Positions 1-11,285 are shown, numbered from the stretch's first letter. The stretch: DNA of 64,000 nt from Flavobacteriales bacterium (GCA_041391845.1 JAWKNG010000003.1:235053-299052); one strand, 5' to 3'. Notes: a model not told the origin generated them from the letters alone. Program-made: numbers and translations.

Positions 1-1
1 T

Positions 2-577
2 GGCTGTGTTCATGTCACTTTCGGCTTCGACCCAAGTGGTGTACTCGCTCCAAGCGGCACTGGCCCGAACGGTACATACACCCTTGCCGATGTGGCCAAC
101 ATCGTGGTCAGCCAGTGGTCTGATATCGACAGGACAGAGGTGATCAGCGTACCCGTGAAGGGGGTTGGCGATCCGAAACTATTGAAAGTAACCAAGACCG
201 AAGTGCCCGGAGGACTGTACGACTTCATGGTAATCATGAATGACGGCCGTATTCTTAGGCGCTTCATCGAATTCGAAGGACCCACGGTCCTGAATGCAGA
301 CTTTGCTGCCTTTACGAATGTGAACATCTACCCGGTCCCTGTGCGTGACACACGCTTTGCTGTTGACTTTGACCTAGCGGTGGCAACATCAGTGTCACTC
401 ACTATCGTGAACAATCAAGGCAATACGTTCTACACGAAAGCGCTGTCCTTCGACAAATCAGGCTTGAACAAGCATGTCGTAGAGACAGGATCACCTTGGC
501 CCAACGGTCTATATCATGCCGTTTTCCAATATCCTGACGGCTCCTCAGAGTCCGTCTCGTTCACGGTAGAACACTAA
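2..577 (+). CDS. C-terminal fragment of a secreted protein ending in a T9SS (Por) C-terminal sorting domain; the 5' end lies outside the window
   Basis: The frame is open from the window edge. The terminal ~80 aa (VSLTIVNNQGNTFYTKAL...LYHAVFQYPDGSSESVSFTV) match the T9SS CTD beta-sandwich pattern. Confidence 0.55.
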   Translation, partial: GCVHVTFGFDPSGVLAPSGTGPNGTYTLADVANIVVSQWSDIDRTEVISVPVKGVGDPKLLKVTKTEVPGGLYDFMVIMNDGRILRRFIEFEGPTVLNADFAAFTNVNIYPVPVRDTRFAVDFDLAVATSVSLTIVNNQGNTFYTKALSFDKSGLNKHVVETGSPWPNGLYHAVFQYPDGSSESVSFTVEH

Positions 578-596
578 GCATAACTTACGATGGGAT

Positions 597-629
597 GAGA
601 AAGCCCCGTTTCTGCAACGGGGCTTTCTC
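597..629. terminator. Perfect 14-bp stem-loop (gagaaagccccgtt/tctgc/aacggggctttctc) between convergent genes; likely a bidirectional intrinsic terminator
   Basis: Inverted repeat read directly from the sequence. It sits between the stop at 577 (+) and the stop at 644 (-). The U-tract is weak. Confidence 0.5.
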
Positions 630-643
630 ATTGATGCAAGGAC

Positions 644-1084
644 CTATCCGTTCTTGATCAATGAGAGCAGCTCCTTCCAGCGACGGCGTGCCACCACAAT
701 ACTGTCTCCTGTTGCGAGCATCACTCGATGTCCTCCAGTGCGGATAAGCCTTACCGCAAATCCCAAATTGATGACATGTCCATGGTGGCAGCGAAAGAAC
801 CGCCCAGCAGGGAGATGACGATGCAGATCACCAAGACGCCGCGAAACCAATTGGCTCGGGCCACCCAATTGATACACCCATGTGTATCCTCCATCTGCTT
901 CAAGCCTCACCAATTGCTGCGAAGGAATGATGATGAATCCATCTGCAGCTGGAAAGGCGATCTGGGGCTCGTGCCCGAGTTCCGGACCTTTTGGTGCCAT
1001 GGTTGCCTTCCGAACTCCTACGCCTCCCTTGACCAAGGATTCAAATTCGTCTTCACGCATGGCTGATGCATTTGAGTTTTCCAT
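644..1084 (-). CDS. Stand-alone LytTR-family DNA-binding domain protein (146 aa)
   Basis: The C-terminal ~95 aa (IIIPSQQLVRLEADGGYTWVYQ...FFRCHHGHVINLGFAVRLIRTG...GDSIVVARRR) match the LytTR fold pattern. I chose the ATG at 1084. The longer ORF to 1234 would run through a period-8 repeat. Confidence 0.6.
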   Translation of the reverse strand: MENSNASAMREDEFESLVKGGVGVRKATMAPKGPELGHEPQIAFPAADGFIIIPSQQLVRLEADGGYTWVYQLGGPSQLVSRRLGDLHRHLPAGRFFRCHHGHVINLGFAVRLIRTGGHRVMLATGDSIVVARRRWKELLSLIKNG

Positions 1085-1162
1085 GTCGCTAGGTTCTGAC
1101 AAGCCCGTTAAGGCAAGCACTTGTCTAGACTTAAAGGTTGCCGAACTTGCGCGGTCAATCGA

Positions 1163-1258
1163 CTGAGCACCTGAGCACCTGAGCACCTGAGCACCTGAGC
1201 ACCTGAGCACCTGAGCACCTGTGCACCTGTGCACCTGTGCACCTGTGCATCAGTGCAT
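1163..1258. repeat. Octanucleotide tandem repeat: 7x CTGAGCAC, then 4x CTGTGCAC(T), then CAGTGCAT
   Basis: Read directly from the sequence. The 8-bp period is not a multiple of 3. It lies in the divergent intergenic region between the LytTR gene (-) and the 1465 gene (+). Confidence 0.95.
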
Positions 1259-1464
1259 CACCAAACTGGAAATAGAGACTGATGCTGTCGAGCATAGGGC
1301 TCCTTAGACGTTGATGTCCCATCGAAAGTAGGAAAAATTCATCCGATCCATTCGTCACCCGCTTAATTACGGTTTGTGCAACTTCATACCAGGCCCCTTT
1401 CACCCGAAATAACGGCGTCTTGGTCGGCATCAATGAATTACGGAGTAGTTCCTACCTTCAAACC

Positions 1465-3168
1465 ATGCGCCTGCCCGTGCTCGCCCTTTGCATGGTCGTC
1501 TTCCGATCCCTTGCAGCGCAGCATGTGATCGAAGCTCGGGTCATCGATGGTGACAGTTCAGAACCGCTGCCTTACGCCACCGTGCTGCTCAACGGAAAGG
1601 CCAAAGGCACCATTTCCAATGCGGAAGGCCGATTCCGGATGCCACTCGGTAACGCTTCGGACAGCTTGCGCATCACTTATGTCGGCTATCGACCCGTGAT
1701 GGTCCCCTTATCCATTGCCCTAGATGGCAAGGTCATCCTGATGGACCGCACGGTACATGAGCTCGGTGAAGCGGTGATCCGACCGGGAGAGGACCCTTAC
1801 AAAAGGTTCGTTGCGGCCTCGAACTGGATGCGACGGGCACCGGAAGTATCCTCCAAGCTCTACTTCGGCCTGGAAACCTACAGCGATGATGACCCCGTTG
1901 AGGTCATGGAGGGCTATTTCAACGCGACGTTTAAGGCCGCCATTCTCCGGAGCTTGCGCTACAAGCAAGGCATCATCGGCCTGGCACCCAAGGATGGCAG
2001 GCATTTCATCAACTACAACACGGCTTCCGCCCTCGTGCTGCTGGATATCCACAGCAGGCAACCTGAGTTCCCCTTGTCTCCTTTCTCCTGTGGCACCGCC
2101 CGGGACCTCAAAAAGCACTATTCGGTCGAATGGGTTTCCACGGGCATCGGACCCGAAGGTGTGGACCAGCTGGTGGCCGTACCGCGCGCGGGAACATCAG
2201 GTGCGTTCAAGGCGGCCCTTTGGCTGGTCTCAGGTAGCCAGGCCGTCAGGGCGTTGGAGCTTCAGTGCATCGATTGTTCGCGGCACCCGCTCATTCCACT
2301 CTTTGACGATGGCCGGATCGACACAGTGGACATTCGCTACAAGCAAACCTGGAGCACGAAGGGCCCTCCGATGCCTGAGGTGATACAAGTGGACTACGCC
2401 GTGGCATACACCGCTCCGGCCTTCCATGAACGGTACAGCACCAATGTGGTGCTCCATGCCTATGACCGGGACCAGCTCTTCATCCCTACCCTGTTCCCTT
2501 GGAAGAACGGATTGAACGAATACCCCATGATCGCCTGGATGCCCAGGGACACTGCCTTCTGGAAGCGTATGGCACCACCCGTTCCCACGGAACGCCAGAC
2601 ACGGGACCGCGATATCTTGCTTCGCAATGATGTCACACAGAACGCTTGGTTCGACAGCCTGCGGCTCGATCATCACCACCTTCGACCGCACTACCTGGCC
2701 TGGTCCAAGGACCTCTGGGTCGATGGCACCCATCTATCGGGCGTTCCGGTGGACCGGCCGAACGATGGCAGAAGCCCTCCGAACGTGCAACTGACAACAC
2801 ATCTGTACCTGGACCTCGACACCACTGGTGGAACACTGCACCACCGGACCCTCGCCGTGTTGGATGCGCAGGCATCCTGGTATCTGTATCCTTGGGAGCC
2901 ATGGGCCTCCGCCTACTGCACCTTGTTCCTGGACCTTTGTGAGATCGAACGACGGGCATTGGAAGAGCGACTCAACGAACCCGGCATGACACTGTCCCGT
3001 GCACGCCAGTTGCACAAGGAGCACACCCAACGGATGAAGGATGAACAGAAGCGCTTCCTGATGACCGTGGAAAGCCAGTTGATCCAACTCAGAAGCTGGA
3101 ACGTAGGTGTTCGTGAAACACTCGGAGTTGATCGGCTTCGTGGTGCCCACCTGGGCCCCGAGGAATAG
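1465..3168 (+). CDS. Secreted protein with an N-terminal carboxypeptidase-regulatory-like (CarboxypepD_reg) domain; function unknown
   Basis: A signal peptide (MRLPVLALCMVVFRSLAAQ) is followed by IEARVIDGDSSEPLPYATVLLNG..GTISNAEGRFRM, typical of CarboxypepD_reg. The ORF is long and matches the local composition. Confidence 0.6.
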   Translation: MRLPVLALCMVVFRSLAAQHVIEARVIDGDSSEPLPYATVLLNGKAKGTISNAEGRFRMPLGNASDSLRITYVGYRPVMVPLSIALDGKVILMDRTVHELGEAVIRPGEDPYKRFVAASNWMRRAPEVSSKLYFGLETYSDDDPVEVMEGYFNATFKAAILRSLRYKQGIIGLAPKDGRHFINYNTASALVLLDIHSRQPEFPLSPFSCGTARDLKKHYSVEWVSTGIGPEGVDQLVAVPRAGTSGAFKAALWLVSGSQAVRALELQCIDCSRHPLIPLFDDGRIDTVDIRYKQTWSTKGPPMPEVIQVDYAVAYTAPAFHERYSTNVVLHAYDRDQLFIPTLFPWKNGLNEYPMIAWMPRDTAFWKRMAPPVPTERQTRDRDILLRNDVTQNAWFDSLRLDHHHLRPHYLAWSKDLWVDGTHLSGVPVDRPNDGRSPPNVQLTTHLYLDLDTTGGTLHHRTLAVLDAQASWYLYPWEPWASAYCTLFLDLCEIERRALEERLNEPGMTLSRARQLHKEHTQRMKDEQKRFLMTVESQLIQLRSWNVGVRETLGVDRLRGAHLGPEE

Positions 3169-3175
3169 CCTTCCC

Positions 3176-3318
3176 CTACCGACTCAAGTACATCGACCTC
3201 TCCCCATACACCTGCCTCTGCCACGGCCCGCAAAGCCGGGCTTCGCAGTGACAGAAAACCGCATCGGAGTGCGCGGCAGGCTCCGCCTTCAGGTCCTTGA
3301 CAGTAGATCGCAGCCTCC
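3176..3318 (-). repeat. Copy A of the carB 3'-tail repeat (degenerate); on the minus strand it encodes ...VKDLK..[39-bp palindrome insert]..RQVYGERSMYLSR*
   Basis: It is similar to 6940-7022 and to the copies at 6850-6939 and 6508-6625. A 2-nt indel breaks the frame upstream of the KDLK-like part. Confidence 0.8.
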
Positions 3319-3324
3319 CACCCC

Positions 3325-3666
3325 TCACCGCCCCTCCTCCACAACCGAACTCCCGCTCGACCCTTCCCCACTGGTCCAGCGCCATGCCTCGTGCAGGCGG
3401 ATGCGCCCATCGGGGAGAAGCTCCGGCGTTGACCGGCACGCACCGGTCATCAGCTCGCCGCGGTCGTTCACCTGGTGGTGGCGCATGTCCAGGCGGCCCT
3501 CGGCATCCACCAAGGCGATCAACTGCCCGCTGACGATGCGCCCACCGGAATAGCGGCAGGTGACGATGCGGCCGGTCTGCAGGTAGTGGAACACCACTTC
3601 GGGCGAGACCTCGCCATTGGCGCTGTTGCTCAAGGGGATGAAGCGGCGGTCGTGGTAGTTGATCAT
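3325..3666 (-). CDS. Hypothetical protein (113 aa), high GC, no recognisable domain
   Basis: This is an ORF with an ATG at 3666 (MINYHDRRF...). Overlapping alternative frames look like compositional artefacts. Confidence 0.35.
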   Translation of the reverse strand: MINYHDRRFIPLSNSANGEVSPEVVFHYLQTGRIVTCRYSGGRIVSGQLIALVDAEGRLDMRHHQVNDRGELMTGACRSTPELLPDGRIRLHEAWRWTSGEGSSGSSVVEEGR

Positions 3667-4159
3667 GGGGTGTTGGCGAGCGTGTGAAGGTTCGAGATCA
3701 GAGCGATGGATGGGAAGGAACGGATGCGAGCCGTAGGGCGCCGGCTCAAGAGTGGCGGACAGACCCGATGCAGGTTTGGGGGAGGGGCATATATTGAGTG
3801 CCTCATAGATGCGACGGAGAGATAACCGCACTGTAGTTCACCCCTCATCCTTTCGGCCTTTCCACGAAATGCTGGACAGGTACACCTATGTTTCTGTTCG
3901 TTACAAACTAGCAACCCAATCGGCCTTCATTAAGTCGTTGGACAGCTACCCAAGACCATGGACTAGCGCATCGTGGGGTCGAACGAACAGAGCGTTATCA
4001 AGCAAAGATCTTGTCGGCGACGCCAGCCACAGCGACCATATCAAGCAGGATGTGCTTGAACGGGAGATCACTGCCGCTGGCAGTTCCCTGGCTGAATGGC
4101 ATGCCTATCTGTGCACGCCTTTCACAGGTGAAAACGAAGATTGGGGAACGGAACTCGCG

Positions 4160-4567
4160 ATGCGTCGTGCCCGTCAAGTCATTGCCAAACAATTCGCCGC
4201 CACTGCTTCAGAAGAGTTGGCCAAGTGCTACAAGGAATGCGCAACACAAAGAAACCGAGACTCGAAGGAAACGCGAAGACAGGAGCGCCTTACCATATTC
4301 ATTCTTCTCTTATTCATCAGTTTCCCATTCTGGCCAAGGATCAAGGAAGGCTTCACTCCAGTCGACACACTGACTGAGCAGATCTATCAACACTCACGAT
4401 ATGGGTTCAATGGCGCGATATGCCGAGACGGATGGACTAGCCATTCCCAGAGCAGGGGCACGTGCTCTCATCATGGTGGCGTGAGCTACTATTTCTCCGA
4501 AAACGACTATCGAATGACCCGGGAACAAGCACGATCAGAAGCGCACAAGCGGTCTTGGTTAGATTAG
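4160..4567 (+). CDS. Small membrane protein with a C-terminal DUF3761-like Cys/His motif (CRDGWTSHSQSRGTCSHHGGV). The ORF is open back to 3809, so the start is uncertain
   Basis: A transmembrane helix (LTIFILLLFISFPFW) is followed by a C..DG..S.S...GTCS.HGGV motif. The region is AT-richer than the surrounding genome. Confidence 0.45.
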   Translation: MRRARQVIAKQFAATASEELAKCYKECATQRNRDSKETRRQERLTIFILLLFISFPFWPRIKEGFTPVDTLTEQIYQHSRYGFNGAICRDGWTSHSQSRGTCSHHGGVSYYFSENDYRMTREQARSEAHKRSWLD

Positions 4568-4595
4568 TGTCAGATACATGCATTCGACGTGAATC

Positions 4596-5090
4596 ATGAA
4601 GACCCCGACCATGACGAAGACTGACACCCGGTTGCCTAAAACGAAGATATCATCTTGGTTCATAAGAATTCTAATATCTGGAATACTATCTGCTCTTTTG
4701 AGCACGGGATACCTAATATACCGTGACAGAAATACTGACCAAGATTTCCGTAAAAGGACAGTTCAACGGATAGAACAACTCGAACGCATGAAATCTGACC
4801 TTCTTGATTTTGCGAAATTCATTGAGGCTCAACGACGCCTCATTCAAGACACCGAAGTGCAACTCAGCTCCATATTAGAAGAGCATCGCAAGTACAAAAG
4901 CTTGGTTGAAATGGACAAAGGCGAAATACAACTAGTAATGGGCTACTACGAAGAGCGGATGGCACAAGCAGAAGTGCGCAACTACTTCATTGGAGCAGTC
5001 ATTGGTATAATTACTTCAATCATAGCCTCTTGGCTATATGGACAGCTTCCAGCCTTTCGTGAGAAGCTCAAGAATAGACGAATCAACTAG
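4596..5090 (+). CDS. Hypothetical membrane protein with N- and C-terminal TM helices and a central coiled coil (164 aa)
   Basis: This is the most AT-rich ORF in the window (roughly 40% GC). Two hydrophobic helices flank an ~80-aa charged helical region. Confidence 0.5.
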   Translation: MKTPTMTKTDTRLPKTKISSWFIRILISGILSALLSTGYLIYRDRNTDQDFRKRTVQRIEQLERMKSDLLDFAKFIEAQRRLIQDTEVQLSSILEEHRKYKSLVEMDKGEIQLVMGYYEERMAQAEVRNYFIGAVIGIITSIIASWLYGQLPAFREKLKNRRIN

Positions 5091-5274
5091 ACCAACGATT
5101 TCTGCACTGCGATTACCCCCGGGGTACCGCAAATCCTTGCGTGAGCGATTGCAGCGGGTACCCCGCAGCGAGCCCCGGCTCAAGGCCGGGGGAGCGAGGA
5201 GTACAAGCGGAAAGCGCGACGGCGAGTCTTCGAGCCGGCACGCCCACACCTCAACTGCGCTAAGTGCGGTCTAT

Positions 5275-5395
5275 CTGCTCAGATACATGCTACGCTCCCT
5301 ATGCCCCTACCACTGTCACGGCCCGCAGAGCCGGGTCTTGTAGTTAAGGGGTTCCATCAGGTCTTTGATGAAATTCATCTCATTCCTGTCGCAAG
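5275..5395 (-). repeat. Copy B of the carB 3'-tail repeat (most degenerate); it encodes ..NFIKDLMEP..RLCGP* and, after a frameshift, ..GHRERSMYLSR*
   Basis: Aligns with copies A and D1, including a partly decayed 39-bp palindrome. Confidence 0.7.
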
Positions 5396-5465
5396 AGTTC
5401 ACACTCGTGCCTTGACGTGTCGAGCGCCGAAACGCGCGCATGGACGCTCACGCGAGATAGGCTCC

Positions 5466-6473
5466 TCAACACTCCTTCAAGTCCATGCAAAGCCGAGGTT
5501 CTACCAGAGCGAACCGGAGTAACGCTCGCAAAAACTCTTCTAGGAAAAGCTGTACCGTGTAGGCATCTGTCAATATCTGGAAGGTTCCTCTAAAATCTAC
5601 TTTACCTCCATGGGCGAGCTTGCTTCTGAAGTCATAGAGCTTCTTCCAAAGCTTACCATCTTCGATGGAGCCAAAGTCATGCTCCACCCCACGCTCAAAA
5701 CGATTGGAAAGCAGCTTCACTTTAGCTGCAATCTGATGGCTTATCGAGTCGCTCTCACCCTTTGGATTGTGCGTTATAAGTGATTCAATGACTGCGAACA
5801 AACCAAGGCATAACAGTTCATTGTAGCCCCTAAGATTAGGCAGTGACCAGTAAAGCTTACAAGCGTGATACAGCTCCGGATATCCCATTCTAACAGCCAC
5901 GACGTCATTGTAAGTCTTCTTCAGTGCTTCCAAGTCGCTAAGCGTCCAGACATCATTGTAATCCTGATGGACACCGTGACTCAGGAAATCAAAAAGCTCC
6001 GTGTCTGAGCCAAACCGAGCAGGGGACCACGCACCGTAAGTGTTGAAAATATTCAGGTGATGAGGTCCGATTCGTGAGGCAATCTCAAGATCAACTATCT
6101 CCTGTGGCTTGTAGTGCTCTCGCACCAACCCATCCGACCGGTACTTCACAATGGCATACTTCCACTTCTGCTTTGGGAGTGGCTTCACTTCAACGTAGAC
6201 AAATTGTATCTCTTGTGTCTCACCAGTCTCAAGCTTGTACAATGCTGATTTCTCAGGCCTGCGCGTAAACACCGACTCGTAGGGTGTTCGGAAATCGTTA
6301 AAGCGATTCAAGTTGTGTAGGTGCTTTCGAATTCGCTTGAGCTGAGTTACCGTAGGACGGCATATCGACAAATCTGGGCTTAGCTTAAACGGAAGAGGGC
6401 ACTTGAACTCAATCGGGTTGCCGATATGAGCGAATCCATACACACGTTTTCTCTTCGCTCTTGTTTCAGTCAT
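5466..6473 (-). CDS. Hypothetical protein (335 aa), possibly Abi-like or HEPN-like (R-x6-H motif RFERGVEH); cargo gene of the carB-3' island
   Basis: This is a long ORF. The guess rests on weak resemblance to abortive-infection/HEPN-type proteins. No catalytic motif of recombinases or nucleotidyltransferases is present. Confidence 0.5.
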   Translation of the reverse strand: MTETRAKRKRVYGFAHIGNPIEFKCPLPFKLSPDLSICRPTVTQLKRIRKHLHNLNRFNDFRTPYESVFTRRPEKSALYKLETGETQEIQFVYVEVKPLPKQKWKYAIVKYRSDGLVREHYKPQEIVDLEIASRIGPHHLNIFNTYGAWSPARFGSDTELFDFLSHGVHQDYNDVWTLSDLEALKKTYNDVVAVRMGYPELYHACKLYWSLPNLRGYNELLCLGLFAVIESLITHNPKGESDSISHQIAAKVKLLSNRFERGVEHDFGSIEDGKLWKKLYDFRSKLAHGGKVDFRGTFQILTDAYTVQLFLEEFLRALLRFALVEPRLCMDLKEC

Positions 6474-6507
6474 GGTTGGTCAATGGACGGTTACCAATCC
6501 GTGATTA

Positions 6508-6625
6508 TCTGCTCAAGTACATACTCCTCTCCCCATACACCTGCCTAAAGAACGGATCCTTCAGGTCCTTGATGAAGTAGATCGCCCTGCCTCCGGCAGG
6601 CAGGCTCCCCGTGCTCTTCATTACT
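6508..6625 (-). repeat. Copy C of the carB 3'-tail repeat; it encodes MKSTG-SLPAGGR-AIYFIKDLKDPFFRQVYGERSMYLSR* with an in-frame 18-nt hairpin insertion
   Basis: The peptide matches the carB terminus residue for residue. The nucleotide sequence differs at many synonymous positions. Fourteen nucleotides (atgaagagcacggg) are identical to carB. Confidence 0.85.
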
Positions 6626-6848
6626 GCCCAGCTATTGACCTAAGTTCGTTGGCAGCCCTTTCGACCTTTTCCTTGTAGTCGGGCTGAACAATCTCGACAA
6701 GAGCAGGTTCCAAAGCGCCTTCGAGGTTCCACAGTGCTGCTCGTAAGGCAACATCGCTCTCGTCCGCACGATCAGCCAACCAGTCGAACAACACAAGCGC
6801 TGCGCGACGATCGATCTTGATCTGAACTTCTGGTGATTCCATCGTCAT
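6621..6848 (-). CDS. Small hypothetical protein (75 aa, acidic)
   Basis: An ORF with an ATG at 6848 or 6842, lying between repeat copies D1 and C. No domain is recognised. Confidence 0.35.
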   Translation of the reverse strand: MTMESPEVQIKIDRRAALVLFDWLADRADESDVALRAALWNLEGALEPALVEIVQPDYKEKVERAANELRSIAGQ

Positions 6849-6849
6849 C

Positions 6850-6939
6850 GACTCAGATACATGGAACGCTCCCCATACACCTGCCTCTGCCGCGGCCCGC
6901 AGAGCCGGGCCTCGCAGTGACAGAACGGATCCAAAGTTC
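6850..6939 (-). repeat. Copy D1 of the carB 3'-tail repeat, immediately 3' of the carB stop; it encodes MRTLDPF-CHCEARLCGPRQ-RQVYGERSMYLSR*
   Basis: It contains an in-frame 39-bp palindrome (6887-6925). The terminal 13 codons are identical in peptide to the carB end. Confidence 0.85.
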
Positions 6940-9750
<2,811 letters not shown>

Positions 9751-9871
9751 GTCCGGAGGGTATCCGGGCCGTAAAGGTACCCCGCCCGGTGTGCGCTGAA
9801 GGGCGATCGTGGATAAGGTGACCGGATCGTGGAGAAATGGAGTTGCGTCACCACAGGCCCCACAAGCGAAA

Positions 9872-9891
9872 GGGTGACCGAACGGTCACCC
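9872..9891. terminator. Perfect palindrome GGGTGACCG-AA-CGGTCACCC between the STAS-like gene end and the carB start; a terminator and/or operator
   Basis: Read directly from the sequence; 9-bp arms. It is followed on the minus strand by TTTCGCTT. Confidence 0.4.
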
Positions 9892-9919
9892 TTGTTGCTG
9901 CGATCGGCAGGTTGGTCGC

Positions 9920-10336
9920 TCAGGAGAGCGAGGGCTGCGGGGCCTTGTTGGCAAGCCACTGACGGGCATCCTTTTCGTTGCTGAACACGGCCGTATCGAA
10001 GTGCCGCGGGAAATACCGGAAGTGGATCTCGGCCAGCTTGGCGTTCAGCTCATCACCGGTGACGAACGCCAGGCGGCGCGCTGTTCCGCACAGCCCGTGA
10101 ATGGCATGGTGGTCGATGTTCACCACGCGCATATCCACCTCCACATCCTCCCCCACCACGGCCAGGACATCGGGTTCGCCGTCGGTGCAGAGGGTGCGTT
10201 TGGCCGCGATCACCTCGCCGATGCCGATGGCATTCAGGGTGGTATCGGGCTTGAAATGGATCTCGACCAGGGCATCCGACGTGCGTTCCACGCGGGCCTG
10301 GCTGGTCTCGATCGCTTGCTCTTGGGTACGTTGCAT
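9920..10336 (-). CDS. Hypothetical protein, possibly a STAS-like / anti-sigma-antagonist-like fold
   Basis: An ORF with an ATG at 10336. The C-terminal half (VNIDHHAIHGLCGTARRLAFVTGDELNAKLAEI) has weak STAS-like periodicity. A TACTTTTG box lies just upstream. Confidence 0.35.
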   Translation of the reverse strand: MQRTQEQAIETSQARVERTSDALVEIHFKPDTTLNAIGIGEVIAAKRTLCTDGEPDVLAVVGEDVEVDMRVVNIDHHAIHGLCGTARRLAFVTGDELNAKLAEIHFRYFPRHFDTAVFSNEKDARQWLANKAPQPSLS

Positions 10337-10457
10337 GGGGACAAAAGTAGTATGCATGCATACCTTTGTAACACAACCCTCTGTCATACAGGCGTCAAAC
10401 ACGTAACCGCGCCCATCCAGGCGGCACTCTACGAAGCACTTCGTTCCTTTCGCCCAC

Positions 10458-11285
10458 ATGCAGCAGGCACCACTGCGCTACTTCACGCACGGCACCACCC
10501 TCGCCTACCGCACCTACGGCCACGGTCCGGTGCAGGTGCTGGCCTTCCATGGCTTCGGTCGCACGGGGGCCGACTTCCAGGTGCTGGAGGGAAGCTTGGG
10601 CGCCCACTGCACCATCCACGCCTTCGACCTGCATTTCCACGGGGCCAGTCCGGGGTATCCGCACCGTGCCGACCAGCCCTTCACCCCGCAGGAACTGGCG
10701 CAGTTCATGGCCGCCTTCCTCGACCACCACGGGCTCGAGCGGGCGACATTGCTGGGGTACAGCCTGGGCGGGCGCATGGTGCTGAACCTGCTGGAGCAAT
10801 TGCCCCAACGGGTGGAACGGGCTTTCCTGGTGGCGCCTGACGGTCTGAAGACGAGGCCCTGGTACCGGGGCATGGCCGCTTCACGCGTCGGACGGTGGGC
10901 CTACAAGCGGTTCGTGGAGCATCCCGGGCGGGTGCACGCGATGATCGACCTGTTGCGCGCCACGCGGCTGATGAACGAACGGATGCACCGCTTCCTGAAA
11001 GGCCAGACCGATAGCCGTGCGAAGCGACAACTGGTGCACGATGTGTGGCTGAGCTACCGCGCGATCGAACCCGACCTGGCGGAGGTGGCGGCCCGGGTGC
11101 GCGCGCAGGCCATCCCGGTACACCTGGTGTTCGGCCGCTACGACCGCGTGATCCCCGCCCGGCTCGGTGACGGCCTGGCATCGCTCGCACCGGAGCACAT
11201 CGAGCGGCACGAACTACCTTTCGGTCACGTCCTGATCGGACCCGAGCTCGGTCGGCTGATGGCCGGTATGCTGGGGGTCGGGTGA
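10458..11285 (+). CDS. Alpha/beta-fold hydrolase
   Basis: It has the GYSLGG nucleophile elbow, an HGFG oxyanion-region motif, and a length and pattern typical of the family. Confidence 0.7.
   Translation: MQQAPLRYFTHGTTLAYRTYGHGPVQVLAFHGFGRTGADFQVLEGSLGAHCTIHAFDLHFHGASPGYPHRADQPFTPQELAQFMAAFLDHHGLERATLLGYSLGGRMVLNLLEQLPQRVERAFLVAPDGLKTRPWYRGMAASRVGRWAYKRFVEHPGRVHAMIDLLRATRLMNERMHRFLKGQTDSRAKRQLVHDVWLSYRAIEPDLAEVAARVRAQAIPVHLVFGRYDRVIPARLGDGLASLAPEHIERHELPFGHVLIGPELGRLMAGMLGVG

Noticed and set aside
644-1234. 196-aa version of the LytTR ORF with the N-terminus CTGAQVLRCSGAQVLRCSGAQ
   Set aside because: The extension is the translation of a period-8 DNA microsatellite, which is not codon-periodic. 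The real start is the ATG at 1084.
1163-1258. Possibility that the octamer array is a CRISPR array
   Set aside because: There are no spacers between units (pure tandem 8-mers), no cas genes and no leader. It is a simple-sequence repeat.
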